Source of the DNA: Vicugna vicugna
Lineage: Eukaryota
DNA length: 64,000 nucleotides
Direction: 5' to 3'
Assembly (NCBI GenBank): GCA_013265495.1
Contig: MU058065.1
Location: 5,702,302 to 5,766,301, forward strand
Part shown: positions 38,906-52,200 of the stretch, one piece after another
Numbering within the stretch: the stretch's first letter is position 1
How the letters are laid out: every line of letters begins with the position of its first letter
The notes under the pieces: model-generated
Databases searched by the model: none
The model's input: only the letters and a program-made list of their open reading frames with translations
What the model was told of the DNA's origin: nothing
Made by a program: the position numbers and the translations under genes

Positions 38906-39329
38906 CAGCTTGGCATCCTTATTTATAGAGTTGTGACCATCATAAACTAGAAACAAAAAGACGTTAAGATCAGCAGTCCTTAGGAAGATGTGTTAAGTAG
39001 CACTTTAAAATCAAGTAGTACTGTCCCCTTTAGAGCCTGTCTTGATCACATTAATTTATTCATTCAGCACATTTTTCTAGGAGATCCACTATATATATTT
39101 AACACTATTCTAACTGCTCAACCCAGAGTATATTCTACTCTGAGACAAAACTAGTACATAAATCCAGGAATGTATTTTTTGTCAGACACATGGGATCTAA
39201 AGAATGACCACATAAATATTTGAAATTCTACTGAATTTCATATTTCCTGGATGAGGTAGGATATATCAGGAATGATAGAGAAGCTTTTTCTTCTTCCCAG
39301 ATACCACTTCATCTTTGGTCACTATTCCT

Positions 39330-41760
39330 GGTAGTTTTCTATTGTTGCCATAACAGATTACTACAAATTTAGTGGCATTAAATAACACAGATTTATGATC
39401 TTACAATTCTGTAGGTTAGAAATCCAACTCACTGAAATAAAATCAAGGTGACAGCAGGGCTACATTCCTTTCAGGTGGCTCTAAGGGAGAATCGTTTCCT
39501 TGACTTTCCAGCTTCTATAGGCTGCCTATATTCCTTGGCTTTTGGTCCCCTTCTCCCATCTTCAAAGCCAGCAACATTACCTCTCTGTGACTCTTCTCTG
39601 TCATCACATCTCTCAGACAACAGCCAGGAAAGATTCTCTGTTTTTAAGGACTCGTGTGATTAGATTGAGCTCACCAAATAATCCACAATTACCTATCCCC
39701 ATCTTAAAGTCTATAGTAACCTTAATCATATTTGCCAAGCCCCCTTTGCCATGTAAAGTAACATATCACAGGCTCCTTCTGGAGGCTCCAGGAGAAAATC
39801 TGTTCTTTGCTTCTTCCAACCTGTAGAAGCTGCTGGCATCCCTTGGCTCATGGCTCTACCTACCACTCTAATCTCTGCTTCTGATCTAACATCTTTCACG
39901 ACCAGCTTTGGTTCTCCTGCCTCCCTCTTAAAAGGAACCTTGTTATTACTCTTGGCCTACCTAGATAATCCAGGATAATCTCCCTATCATCTCAAGGTGC
40001 TTAATTTAATCACATCTGCAAAGTCCCTTTTACCATGTAAGGTAACATGTTCACAGATTTGGGGACTAGGAAACAAACATTTTTGGAAGGCCATTATTCT
40101 GCATGCTGCAGTCCATCTCTGCCCCACACATTCACTCCATACCAAATAAATTCACCCTCTTCCAAATGTGTTTAAAAATTTCAGTCCATTATAGCCTCAA
40201 CTCAAAATCCAAAACCTTATCTGAATCTCACTAGGTTAAAAGTCCCAAATCTCATGATTTAAATTATCTAAATCAAGTATAGGTGAGGATTTGGGTATGA
40301 TTCCTGGGGCACAATACCTCTCCATCTGTGCACCTGTGAAACAAATTACCTGCTCCCAAATACATTGGTATGATAGGCATAGGCTAAAAGTTATAGATAT
40401 TCCCATTCAAAAACCAGAAAATGGAATGAAAAAAGGAACTACCAGTTCCAAGAAATTTAGAAATCCAGCCAGGCAGACTCCATTAGGTTTCAAGCCCTGG
40501 AAATAATCTCTGGCTTGCAGCTTCATCCTTTGGGCTTTGACTCCCTCCCAGAACATCTTTCCTTTTTCATGAGAGGTGGCACATGCATGTAGATGATTAG
40601 TTTTATCAGCTTGTTTCTGGCCTGTAGAACTGGTGGGGCAGGGAGTGGGGTGGAGATGGGTCCAACCACCTTCTTTCATTTCATACTCTCTCTGTCCCTT
40701 TCCATTTAAGAGGTGGCGTTTCTGCTGGTATAACATTCTCAAGAAAATTGTGGGTCTCCTATGTGTGTCATGGGAGACAGAAGGCTCCTCCGTGGATCTT
40801 TCCTGGATAATATTTTTATTTTTGGCTTTTAATGAGATGGCCAAGGGGATCTATGAGTCACACCCTCAAACTCTTCAAGGAGCTTTTTGTGTGACCGAAT
40901 ACTCAGACCTTCTGATTTTTTTTTTTTTTGAGAAATTTGGAAAAGGTTGTACAGCTGTACCCATACCTCTTTCTACAGAGCAGGCTTTCCTGACAGTGAG
41001 TCTCTTATTTTAGTCCCTTTTGCCATTTGGGTAGGCTGAGAATTTCCCAAATCATCAAGTCCTGGTTCCTTTACATATTTTAATTGAATGTTTTATTGAG
41101 GTATAGCTGATATGCAACATTATATATGTTTCAGGTATACAACATAGTGATTCACAAGTTTTAAACATTATATTTCATTTATACTTACTGTAAAATATTA
41201 GCTATATTCCCTATGTTGTACAATATCTCCTTGTGGCTTACTTACGTTATACATAGTTTATTTAGCAGGTTTTTTTCTCCATTTATCTATCTCCGCCAAC
41301 ATTTTACTGTAATCAGCAAGAAGAAAGCAGGCGGCATTTTCCACATTTCTCTTAGAAATCTCCTTAGCTAAATATCTAAGTTTGTCACTTACAACTTCTG
41401 TTTTCCACGTAACTGCAGGGCACAATTCAGCTAAGTTTTTTGCCACTGTATAACAAGTTTCCATGGCATGTTCCTCATGTCCTTCTGCACCCTCACTGGC
41501 AGTGCCTTTAATGTTCTTATTTCTACTAACAGTCTGTTCACAATGATTTAGATAGTCCCTGTGGTGATTGGGTAGGTTCCTTACTTCCTTTGAGCTCTCA
41601 CTGGCATTAGCTTTCATATATCTGCTAAGGTCTATTCAAAGCAATCTTGGCTCTTTCTGTGATGCTCCTCAAAATTCTTCCAGCCTTGAGTCTAGTTCAG
41701 AAGCCACTGCCACAGGTTTGGTATTGGTTACAGTAAGTAGCACCGCACTTCCAGGTATCT
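39330..41760 (-). mobile_element. MaLR element (MLT1E-like LTR ~39330-40110 plus internal sequence); 5' LTR missing
   Basis: LTR motifs at 39330-40110 followed by MLT-int-like sequence ending GTTACAG..AGCACC.CACTTCCAGGTATC at ~41760. Confidence 0.7.
41078..41260 (-). mobile_element. L1 3' end fragment inserted in the MaLR internal region
   Basis: TTTTATTGAGGTATAGCTGATATGCAACATTATATATGTTTCAGGTATACAACATAGTGATTCAC is a typical L1MA-type 3' terminus. Confidence 0.75.
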
Positions 41761-42199
41761 AGAAAAGCCTGTTATACTCACTGCCAGCTGACTTGAATGT
41801 GCTGATAGGAGATTTGGAATTCATCTTTCTCCAGGGGCCTCATTATTTCAAGGTGAATATACCTGTTCTGGGTGTTTAAATACTGGGAGTGCTCCCAACA
41901 CAGGACAGAAGTGTTGATCCCATGACTACAGAGAAAACTTTTTTCTCAGTGTCGTAATATAGAGTAAGAAGATGATTCTTCTGTTCCCCTCAGTATAGGA
42001 AACCTTGATCCTTTCCACTTATTGAAAACAATTTTGATAATATATAAACAACAGTCAGTCCGAGTTCCAAAAGATTGCCTGAAATAAATTATATTTTCAC
42101 AAAAGCAAAATCATCTTCCTAAGGGAACGATTTATGGAAAGAAATTAATACTTGAAATAAAAGGGGATTGACCTGTTTTGGATTAACAAAACAGGGTGA

Positions 42200-42545
42200 G
42201 GGGATCAACACACACATATATATAACTGAATCACTATTCTCTACATCAGAAATAAACACAACATTGTAAATCAACTATATTTCAATTAAAAAAAAATAAT
42301 AATTTCCCTTTAGTGTGTAAATTGGTGCAGCCAGCTAGGGAAAACAGGATGGATGTTCTTTAAAAAACTAAAAATAGAGCTACCATATGATTCAGCAATC
42401 CCACTCTTGGGCATATATGCAGAAAAGATAAAAAATCTCATTTGAAAAGATACACACACCCCAATGTTCATAGGAGCACTATTCACAGTAGCTGATACAT
42501 GGAAACATCCCAAGTGTCCATCAACAGATGACTGGTTTAAGAAGT
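42200..42545 (+). mobile_element. L1 fragments (3' UTR end with A-tail at ~42200-42297; ORF2 3' fragment at 42310-42545)
   Basis: ATAACTGAATCACT..ACACAACATTGTAAATCAACTATATTTCAATTAAAAAAA; AAAAACTAAAAATAGAGCTACCATATGATTCAGCAATCCCACT. Confidence 0.75.
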
Positions 42546-43554
42546 GGTGATTAGAATGACCAAATTTTTATTTTGTTAACTAAAAACTGAAAAATATACC
42601 AACCCCCCCACAAACCACTACTTTCTACCATCACCATAATATCATAAAAAGAATAACACTTTCACACACAGAAAGAGACAAAGAGAGAGGAAGGGTAACT
42701 TTAGAATAAAGAGCAGCCCTTTAGAAAGAATACCTTTGGCTTTGGGAAAATTGCTATGCTGTACTCACTTCTCCCACTCTGTCTCAGATAGGGGAAGACA
42801 TTTCCCTAGCAACACCAGTCTGCTAACTGGCTTAGTGGAGAACACTGTGCCCCTCAGTAGAGTGTCCCCAGCCCTCAGGTCTTATCCACATCCCCAGGAC
42901 AGGGAAAAGTCTGGACCTCACAGGGTCATAGGCAGCCCCAGCAGGAAGATGGAGCACCCTAGCCTAGTAGGAGGATTGAAGATCTTGGGGACAGGCCTCG
43001 CTCAAGGGAGGGGGTATCTGGTGAAGGAAGCCAGACAGGCAGAGAGTGGTGCTCAGTCGAGCTTGGGGATAATCTCTCATTCCCAACCAGCCCTCTCCCC
43101 AGTCCCCTGCCTGAGTTGGGAGCCCAGGGGCCTGAGCAGACTGGTTGTAATGCTGGGTCTAGGTGAAGGTGCTGGGAGAGACTTAAGCTCATGAACAGGC
43201 ATATTCCCCCCTCCAGAACAGTGGCAGAGCCTCCTGGGGAATTCAGCATCAGCAGAGACTGGGGGAGCACCAGAGTGTGGAATGGGCTGCTCTGGGGGCT
43301 CTAGTGCTGTAAGGAACAATAGCTCATTCAGCTCAGCTCACACAGGGAGAAGGTGTTAGCCTAGGGGTGACAGGGTGGGTTCTCTCCCCTCCACACCACC
43401 TTCCTAGGGCAGGCACTTACCAGCACACCTCATACCCCATACATCTATCTAGGTTAATTGAGGGGAGTCTTGCATTAGCATATAAATACACACTTCAGTA
43501 TCAGAAAGTGCTTAGAGTTTCAGTCTGAGGGACCTGAACATCCCAACCCTTCCC

Positions 43555-43558
<4 letters not shown>

Positions 43559-43590
<32 letters not shown>
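43559..43590. repeat. (AC)16 microsatellite
   Basis: Directly visible. Confidence 0.9.
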
Positions 43591-43592
<2 letters not shown>

Positions 43593-44538
43593 CTTAGAAG
43601 GAGCCTGGATGAAACTTACTGGCTGAAAGCCAGGACCCTGGGGCAGGGTAGGAGGATAATAAAACCAAGGGGAGAAGGAGGAGAGTGAAGAAAGCAGACA
43701 GGAATGCCAGGGAAGCGGGGGACCAATCAAGGCGGGACTGGAAGAAAAGGACTCTTTGCATCCGGCTGTGGACTCTCAGTGCGGGCATAAGTTCACACAA
43801 GAGCAAATGTTTTTCTGACAGTAGGTTCTGCCTTTCCACCCTCTGACATTAAGGTCTGAGTTAAGGGGTTACACATGGCACACTGAGAGAGCCAAAGATT
43901 TCAAGAACCCGAATCCCAGTACAGCCTGTCCTCTTGGAATCTACATCAAGAGCTAATGAGAGATTTGAAGGTGTCCCAGGATCCTCAGCAAATTGAAATC
44001 CTCACATCTTCATTCTTTTGTCTCTCTCCCTTTGTCGACTTTCAGAGGCTGACAACTCATACATCTTTCCCTTACTCCCCACTCAAATTCCTGACCAGCT
44101 CTGAACATCTGTTTCAGTGGGACCCTCAAAGCCATGATCTCTGGCCAGTCTATGAATCACCTGACCTGGAGCTAGGTGTCCATCAGCTAGGGCAGATTGT
44201 GGCAGGGGAGGGGGTTATGCCCACTTAGATGTAGGCACTGTGAGGTGTGGCAGGACAGGCAACCCAATTGACATATCAGGTCCGGCTTGTATGAGAGCCA
44301 ATTCAGTCTCCAGAGAGGCAGCCCGGAGCTTCGAGCACATTTTCATCATCCCCAGCTGTTGTAGCTTCCCAGCAGATACACATCCAGTTACAGCTCGTGA
44401 ACCCCAGATTTCCGAGGTCAAGTGAGGCTGAGTGACCTGAGATCCCACTACCCCATGTTCCCCAGGGCCCAGATCTCCCACATACACACCATATAAGAGA
44501 AGCCTGAGGATGCACACCAAGTTGTATGCACCATGTTG

Positions 44539-44544
44539 TTTATT
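44539..44544 (-). terminator. Polyadenylation signal (AATAAA) of INHA
   Basis: TTTATT on the + strand about 140 nt past the INHA stop codon. Confidence 0.75.
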
Positions 44545-44682
44545 GTCATGTCACCTGTGGGATGGGGTGGGGAGGGGAGCCTCCAGGCAGAAGGAGAGGG
44601 GAGGTGGGAACCATCTATTTTCTGAACTCTGCCCTTCTTCCAGGCTGGTGATGGTGGGGGCTTGGCCACCCTCTGGACTCCC

Positions 44683-47115
44683 TTAGATGCAAGCACAGTG
44701 CTGCGTGAGAAGGTTGGGCACCGTCTCATACTTGAAAGAGTAACCTCCATCTGAGGTGGTGCGGACACTTAGGGGCCTCATGGTCCCCGGGAGAGCAGCA
44801 CAACAGGGCTGGGCTCCTGGCACCAAAGAGAGGGGCTGGACAGGGGTAGGAGGAGTCCCGGGGACTGGCAGGGGCAGGTCTGGCAGGGTGGGCAGCCCAC
44901 AGCCCCCGTGACAATAGTGGAAGATGAAACTGGGAGGGTGCACGATCCACCGGTCCCAGCCCAGCTCCTGGAAGGAGATGTTGAGGGCCGCTCTGTGGCA
45001 GTCGGCAAGGGCGGCGGGTTCCTCTGGAGGCCTCTGTAGCAGGCGCAGTGCAGCAGGAGACCAAGGCCAAGGCAGCGGGGAAGTGGAGCGTCGGGCTCTC
45101 TCCCCTCCACTGGGTGGCCTGGCCCGTGTGTGTGCCACCAGGAAGGGGGTGGCCTCAGGCCGGGCCGAGCAGGAACAGAGAGGACAATGAAGCAGTAGCA
45201 CCAGGACAGGGTGGGTCAGCAGAGGGAAGGCAGAGGCGGCCAGGTGCAGCACAGCCCAGCGAGAAGGTGCCTGGCCCAGCGACATGGGCACAGCCACAGG
45301 GCCCCCGGATGACAGTGCCAGCAGACCTAGCAGGGGCCCAGAGCTATTGGCAGCTGCTGTCTCCTGCCTGTCCAGTCCTGTGTGGAACCACAGCTGGGCC
45401 GAAGTCACCTGGCGGTTGCGTGTGTGCTGAGATGGCCGGAACACATATGTGAAGAGGCCCTCCTCGGCCTCCTGGGCCAGCTTTCCAGCAGCTGGCTCAT
45501 CCCCACAGCTGGCACCTGCAGGAGGTAGAGGGAAGGCAGAGGACAGCCCTGACTGGCAGAACCCAGGACCCCTCCTCCTCAGCAGGAAGGATACAGCTGC
45601 TCTCCACGAGCCTGCCACTCTACTGAGACTCCTCCCATCTAGGGAGAATTGACAGAGGCTCCCCTTTTGTTACTTCTTCATTAAAGGACTTTAAAAATAC
45701 CAGACATTGCCAACTTCTCCCTGAAGTGGCTTTGCCAATTAATATTCCCATCAGCGGTGTGTAAGAGGCCTTGCACTCTCTTCCTTCACCAACACCTAGA
45801 ATTGTTAGTTAGATTTAATTTCTGTTCATCTGATACTGTGAAATGGTACCCTGAATGGTGTATACACAGGCATTTGTTATATTACTCTTTATAGCTTTTT
45901 AGATGCCAGAAAAATTGCATAAGAAATTCCTTAAAATAATTCCACTTTAAAAAGACAGGTTAACACCAAGAAAGAGGAAAAGGAGGAGAAAGGATGTAGC
46001 TCAGAAAAAAGGAGTGTGCATTCTAAGAAAGTGCAGGTGGCATCCTTACCCTGACAGTTACATAGATGGCACCAGACAATCATGAAGCAGTACAAGTTGA
46101 GCAATTAGGGCTGTACCATTACATGGATTATCTCATTATAAACCTCACCAAAGATGATCCATTTTGCAGATAAGAAAACTGAGGGTTAGAAAGATGAAGT
46201 GCCATTTAACTATTAAGTGGCCAGGCTGGGATTCTGCCTGATCCCAAAGCCACACTTTTACTCACTATACTGCATAGGGACAAAGCACAGGGAGGTGAGG
46301 GATCCTTTCTGAGAGAAAAGGGGGCCAGATTACAAGAAAGTCCAGCCAGAGGAGGGCTTTACTCATTAAATCAATGGAACATGGGGAGGTGAGAAGGGAA
46401 CTCATGAGAAGACAGACTAGTTTTGAAGTTTCCCAACTAATCTTTCTCCTGCATCCCTGATATCTTCCCAAGTCTCAACTACTTTGGGCTAAAGAAACAA
46501 TGTTTGGAGCAGGAAGTAAAAGCAAAGACAGGAGGAGAGGTGGCAGGAAAGAGCCCATGCCCAGATACCTCTGTCCCTAGAGACCCCTGGGCCCCTAGAC
46601 CACTATCTCCCAAATGCCTCCTATGAGCCATACACTCTAGATACACCATCTCACTTAATTCTGAGAAGCAGGCATTATGTCCATTTTACAGATGAGGAGA
46701 CAGAGGCTCAGGGAGGTTTAGTAACTGGCCCATTGCTGCAAAGCCAGTTAAGTGACAGGTCTGGGATTCAAATCCTGACCTGCCCGGTTCCCAAGCCCAA
46801 GCTATACCACACTGTTTCTCAAAGTTGAGATGCCAGTTCCCCACCCCCATTACCTGTAGCCGGGAAAAGGATGGCCTGGGAGACATCCTCCTCCTCGGGC
46901 TCAGAGCCCCTGTGCTTGAAGCCCCCCACAGCGTGTCTTCGGGGCAGGCGCCTGACTCCAGAATCCCCACGTTCCCCAGTCACCGCTGGGGGTCCCAAGG
47001 CATCGAGGAACAGGGCCCTCACCTTGGCCAGGACAATTTCCCTGTCCAGCTCTGGCCCTTGGCAGCCATGCCCACCCCGTGGGGCCAGCAGTAAGAGGAG
47101 CAGCTGAGGCCACAT
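44683..47115 (-). CDS. INHA: Inhibin alpha chain precursor (TGF-beta family), 364 aa, two exons
   Basis: Exon 1 at 47115-46854 ([26 protein letters not shown]...QAILFPAT) and exon 2 at 45515-44683 (..[67 protein letters not shown]). Furin site and cystine-knot cysteines are intact. Confidence 0.98.
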
Positions 47116-47307
47116 AGCTTGCCTGGCCCTGCCAGCGGTGAAACCACACTCTGCCCTGTTTCCCTTCTGTCAGGGTCTGCCCTGGGCCTCCCCACTCTCC
47201 CCTCCCCATCCCACCACCTGCCCTCTTCTACCCTTCTCACCCCAGTCTTCCCCAGTCCTTCCCACGCCCTGCAGTCCAAGTTGCCCCTGCCCATGGCATT
47301 GAGACCT

Positions 47308-47348
47308 CCTATCTCTGACGCAGATGTCTGTGGCCCTGAGCCTTATCT
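47308..47348 (-). promoter_or_regulatory. INHA proximal promoter module: GATA - SF-1/NR5A - variant CRE - GATA
   Basis: Minus strand: AGATAA (47348-47343), TCAGGGCCA (47339-47331), TGCGTCA (47322-47316), AGATAG (47314-47309). This is the arrangement known for mammalian inhibin-alpha promoters. Confidence 0.8.
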
Positions 47349-47434
47349 CCCACTCCCGCCAGGAATGTGGGGGAGAGGGCTAGCGAGGGTTTCACCCCAA
47401 GTGACCCGACCCACACATACAACCCCTTCCCCCT

Positions 47435-47457
47435 ACACACACACACACACACACACA
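47435..47457. repeat. (AC)n / TG repeat in the INHA promoter
   Basis: Directly visible, about 320 bp upstream of the INHA ATG. Confidence 0.85.
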
Positions 47458-47799
47458 GTCACAACCCAGCACCCAGCACAGAGGTGACACCAGGTGGGAC
47501 AGGAGCCTGGAGGCTGGGGTCTGCCAGCTCCTAAAAGTGTTATTTGTCAGAGAGAATGCGGCAACCCCTCAGACCTTCTGGGGCCCCTTTCAGCCAAGCA
47601 GCTGCTGGGCCAGTCATGGAGGGGAATGGCTGGGGAGGGGGCTAGAACTGGGGCTAGGGGTTGGGGGCAGGTGGTCCCGCCTGCTCTATACTTAGACTGG
47701 GGAGCCAGTCTGGGCTCTTGTCCTCCAGCTGTGTCATCAGAGAATATTTTGGGGATTGGCAGCTGCAGGCGCCTCTGCCACTCAGGCCCAAGCCTGGCG

Positions 47800-49220
47800 G
47801 GCGGTTGGGGACCTGGCGGCTGGAGGTGGGAGGGAGGAGGGGAAAGAGGCCCTGGCTGTGGGAGGGGGCTGGGAAGACTGGCTCTCCGGAGCAGGAAGCC
47901 AGGCCGCAGGCAGGGGAGGCTGCGGGGCCCCTCGCTGTGCAGGCAAACAGGAAAGACTGCCCTCTGAGCTCCGGGCCCCGGGCCCGGGAATTACCGCCGC
48001 CTCAGAGTCGCAGCTCCGGGCCGAGGGTAAGGAGGCGAGCCGGGAGCGGGCGGCCAGGGGAGAGCCCCGCGGGTCCCAGCACCCGGTCCTCAGACGCGCC
48101 CCGCCTCCTGGCCTCCCGCCGCTGCTCCGGGCCTTCGCCCGCGCCGCCGCGATGAAGGCAGGCTCGGGGGATCAGGGGAGCCCCCCGTGCTTCCTGCGCT
48201 TCCCGCGGCCCGTGCGGGTGGTAAGTGGCGGCGAGGCCGAGCTCAAGTGCGTGGTGCTCGGGGAGCCGCCGCCCATTGTCGTGTGGGAGAAGGGCGGGCA
48301 GCCGCTGGCGGCCTCCGAGCGCCTGAGCTTCCCGGCGGACGGCGCCGAGCACGGCCTGCTGCTGAGCGACGCGCTGCCCACCGACGCGGGGGTCTATGTG
48401 TGCCGTGCCCGCAACGCGGCCGGAGAGGCCTACGCGGCGGCCGCCGTCACCGTGCTGGAGCCTCCGGCCCCCGAGCCCGAGCCCCAGCCTGCTGAGCGCC
48501 CGCTGCCGCCGCCTGGGGCCGGGGAGGGAGCCCCGGTGTTCCTGACGGGGCCCCAGTCCCAGTGGGTGCTACGGGGGGCGGAGGTGGTGCTGGAGTGCCA
48601 GGTTGGGGGCCTCCCTGCACCCACGCTGTACTGGGAGAAGGATGGGATGGCGCTGGACGAAGTGTGGGACAGCAGCCACTTTGCGCTCGAGCCGGGCCTC
48701 GCCGAGGGCCGCCCGGGCGCGAGCCTGGCGCTGCGCATCCTGGCGGTTCGGCTGCCCGACTCGGGCGTCTACGTTTGCCACGCCCGCAACGCGCACGGCC
48801 ACGCGCGGGCCGGCGCGCTGCTGCAGGTGCACCAGCCCCCCGAGAGCCCGCCCGAGGACCCCGACGAAGCCCCCAGGCCCGTGGTGGAGCCGCTCAAGTG
48901 CGCGCCCAAGACCTTCTGGGTGAATGAGGGCAAGCACGCCAAGTTCCGCTGCTACGTGATGGGCAAGCCCGAGCCCGAGATCGAATGGCACTGGGAGGGC
49001 CGCCCGCTTCTCCCCGACCGCCGCCGCCTCATGTACCGCGATCGCGACGGCGGCTTCGTGCTCAAGGTGCTTTACTGCCAGGCCAAGGACCGCGGGCTCT
49101 ACGTGTGCGCGGCACGCAACTCCGCGGGCCAGACGCTCAGTGCGGTGCAGCTGCACGTCAAAGGTACCGCGGCGCCCCCGGGCGGCCGGGGCTCTGGAGA
49201 GGGGCCTCCAGCGCCCTCCT
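47800..49220. promoter_or_regulatory. CpG island covering the OBSL1 promoter and exon 1
   Basis: Dense CpG and high GC content. Confidence 0.8.
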
Positions 49221-52200
49221 AGGCCCTCCTAACTCCAGCCCCACTCAATGCCCAGAAGATGGTGGGCGTAAGGGAGGCTGAATATTGAAATGCCATTTCC
49301 CACCCACCTCCCAGACTCCCCAGGGATTCGGATTTAGTAGGTCTCCAGGGTACCTACTCTGGGAAATTCTTGGCAAACTCCCCAAATGATTCTGAGGCAG
49401 ATGGTGTAAAACCACCCTTTGATAAAGGGCTTTAATGAATGATTGATGTACAGATCAAGAGGGGCCCAGAACTCTTGTACTCCAGTGGTTTTCAACTTCT
49501 TTGTTAGTTTACCACCTGCCCCCCCCCCCGCCAATGGAAATCCCATCTAGGGCCCCGATGTATAAAAGACAGATAAAAGGATCATTTTATGGATGTAAAA
49601 TTCCAAGTCCTTATTTACAACTTACAAAGTCAATCAGTGAAAACAAGGGGTCTATTTTATTTACACACATTTTAGGTGGAGGCTGCATTCATAACCAAGT
49701 CTAGTTTGTGAGCCTCCTGGGGAAGGCCTCGTTGCAGGCCTCACACTGAGAAATTCCTGACTCACACCAAAGGTCAACTTGAGGGAAAGAAAAAAAAAAT
49801 GCCCCACAGTTTTTACTATCCTTTCATTAGACTGCTCTCCAGGTTTGCAAGAAGAGGAAGGTGAAGGAGAGGAAATTTGTTTCCAAGTTGAGTCCCCAAC
49901 AGTATCTGATAAATGCTTACTTTGCTCATAAATAGAAATTCATGGGTGAGGGGGGAGGAACACCCCAAACTCACACTGGAAGTGAAAGTCCCCCAAAATA
50001 GGAGTTTATCACAACCCACAACATTGTACCTTCCCTAGTTATCACCCAACTTTTTCCCTCAGAGGAAAAAATGTTGGCAAATCTCCTGATCCCTGCCTGG
50101 CATGCAGTCAAGCATGTGGCACCTGCGCAGTGGTGGTGGCCTCCTGGGTACAGTTTGATGTGCACAAACTGGCCAGGCAGGGCTAAACTCTATCCTCCTG
50201 AGACGAGAAAAGCCCAGCGGGAAGGCAAAGCTTCCCAGAGGTGCTGGACAAGACAGGTGTGCTTCCCTAGCAGCCCAAGTGAACCCACTGGCCCTTTCCA
50301 TTGTCAGGCTTTCTTTTTGTAAAATGCAGTTTTGAAAATGGTTAAAGTACTTTCAAAATGAAATTCAGCTCAAACCCTTATAGAATTTTGTGGGCTACCT
50401 GTGAGGGGCTCCAGAGAACAATTTGAAAATCATGAATGTGGTCCAAGCCCTTCCATCCCTTTAGGCCCAGGGTCATGAAAACGGCTTTGGTCAAGGTGAT
50501 GTGAGGGCTTGTGAGTGTCAGGGTCAGATGAGAATTTGGGCCATCTGACTTCTCTCCCTGTGCTTTCTCTGATTCCACAATGCCTGCTGGCTCTGGGAGA
50601 AGAGCAAACGGCCTGAGCAAAGTGGGTTTAGGCAGTTGATGATGGGAGGAGAGTCTCCTGGGCCGGCCCTCTCCAGAGCCCTCTCTGGTCTCTCCCTTCT
50701 CCACAGAGCCCCGCCTCCGCTTCACGAGGCCCCTGCAGGACGTGGAGGGCCGGGAGCATGGGATCGCGGTGCTGGAGTGTAAAGTCCCCAACTCCCGCAT
50801 TCCCACGGCCTGGTTCCGCGAGGACCAGCGGCTGCTGCCCTGCCGCAAGTACGAGCAGATTGAGGAGGGCACGGTCCGGCGCCTCATCATCCACAGGCTG
50901 AAGGCGGATGACGATGGCGTCTACCTGTGCGAGATGCGAGGCCGCGTGCGCACCGTGGCCAACGTGACAGTCAAAGGTCAGCTGGCCGGTGGGAAGAGGC
51001 CGAGACCGAGGCTGGTAGATGCCCAGACCCTGGGCTGATGGACTACCGTCCGTATCTCAGGGCCCATCCTGAAGCGGCTACCCCGGAAGCTCGACGTTTT
51101 TGAGGGAGAGAACGCAGTGCTGCTGGTGGAGACACGCGAGGCTGGGGTTGAAGGGCACTGGAGCCGAGATGGGGAGGACCTGCCGGCCACCTGCCAGAGC
51201 AGCTCCGGCCACATGCATGCCCTGGTCCTTCCAGGGGTCACCAGAGAAGATGCTGGCGAGGTCACCTTTAGCTTGGGCAACTCCTGTACCACCACTCTGC
51301 TCAGAGTCAAATGTGAGGCCATGAAAGCCCCTAGCAGACTTCTCAAGGGCTGGACAGGAGAATCAGGGCAGGAGGGTGACCAGATGCCCAGAATCTGGGT
51401 TGGCAAAGTGGACTTAAGGTCTGAGGGCTGTGGGAGGCTGGAGCAGGGCTCGGATGCAAACCCTGCCTCTGTCTTAGGCGTCAAGCACAATCCCCCGGGA
51501 CCCCCAGTGTTGGTAGAGATGTTCAAGGGCCACAAGAACACAGTCCTGCTGACCTGGAAGCCTCCCGAGCCAGCCCCCGAGACGCCCTTCATCTACCGGC
51601 TGGAGCGGCAGGAGGTGGGCTCGGAAGACTGGATCCAGTGCTTTAGCATTGAGAAGGCTGGGGCCGTGGAGGTGCCTGGAGACTGTGTGCCCTCCGAGGG
51701 TGACTACCGCTTCCGCGTCTGCACGGTCAGTGAACACGGCCGCAGTCCTCACGTTGTGTTCCATGGATCTGCTCACCTAGGTGAGTTGGTCCTTCCTGGC
51801 TGGCCAGCAGTGGTACTCCAAGTAGCACCCTCCCCTCCGCCTTCCTCCCTTCCCCAGCCCTTGGTCCCTGTCCTGTAATATGCCTTCTACCTGCCAATCT
51901 CTGCCCTTTGCCCCGCCCTCCCCCCTGGTTCTCACGGCTGTGCTTTGTCCCCATCTCAGTGCCCACAGCTCGCCTGGTGGCAGGTCTGGAGGACGTGCAG
52001 GTATATGATGGGGAAGATGCTGTCTTCTCCCTCGATCTCTCCACCATCATTCAGGGCACCTGGTTCCTTAATGGGGAAGAGCTCAAGAGTAATGAGCCAG
52101 AGGGCCAGGTGGGGCCTGGGGCCCTGCGGTACCGTATAGAGCAGAAGGGCCTGCAGCACAGACTCATCCTGCAAGCTGTCAAGCACCAGGACAGCGGGGC

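Noticed and set aside
38042..38936. 184-aa and 148-aa ORFs as host genes
   Set aside because: They are the L1 ORF2 fragment and its antisense.
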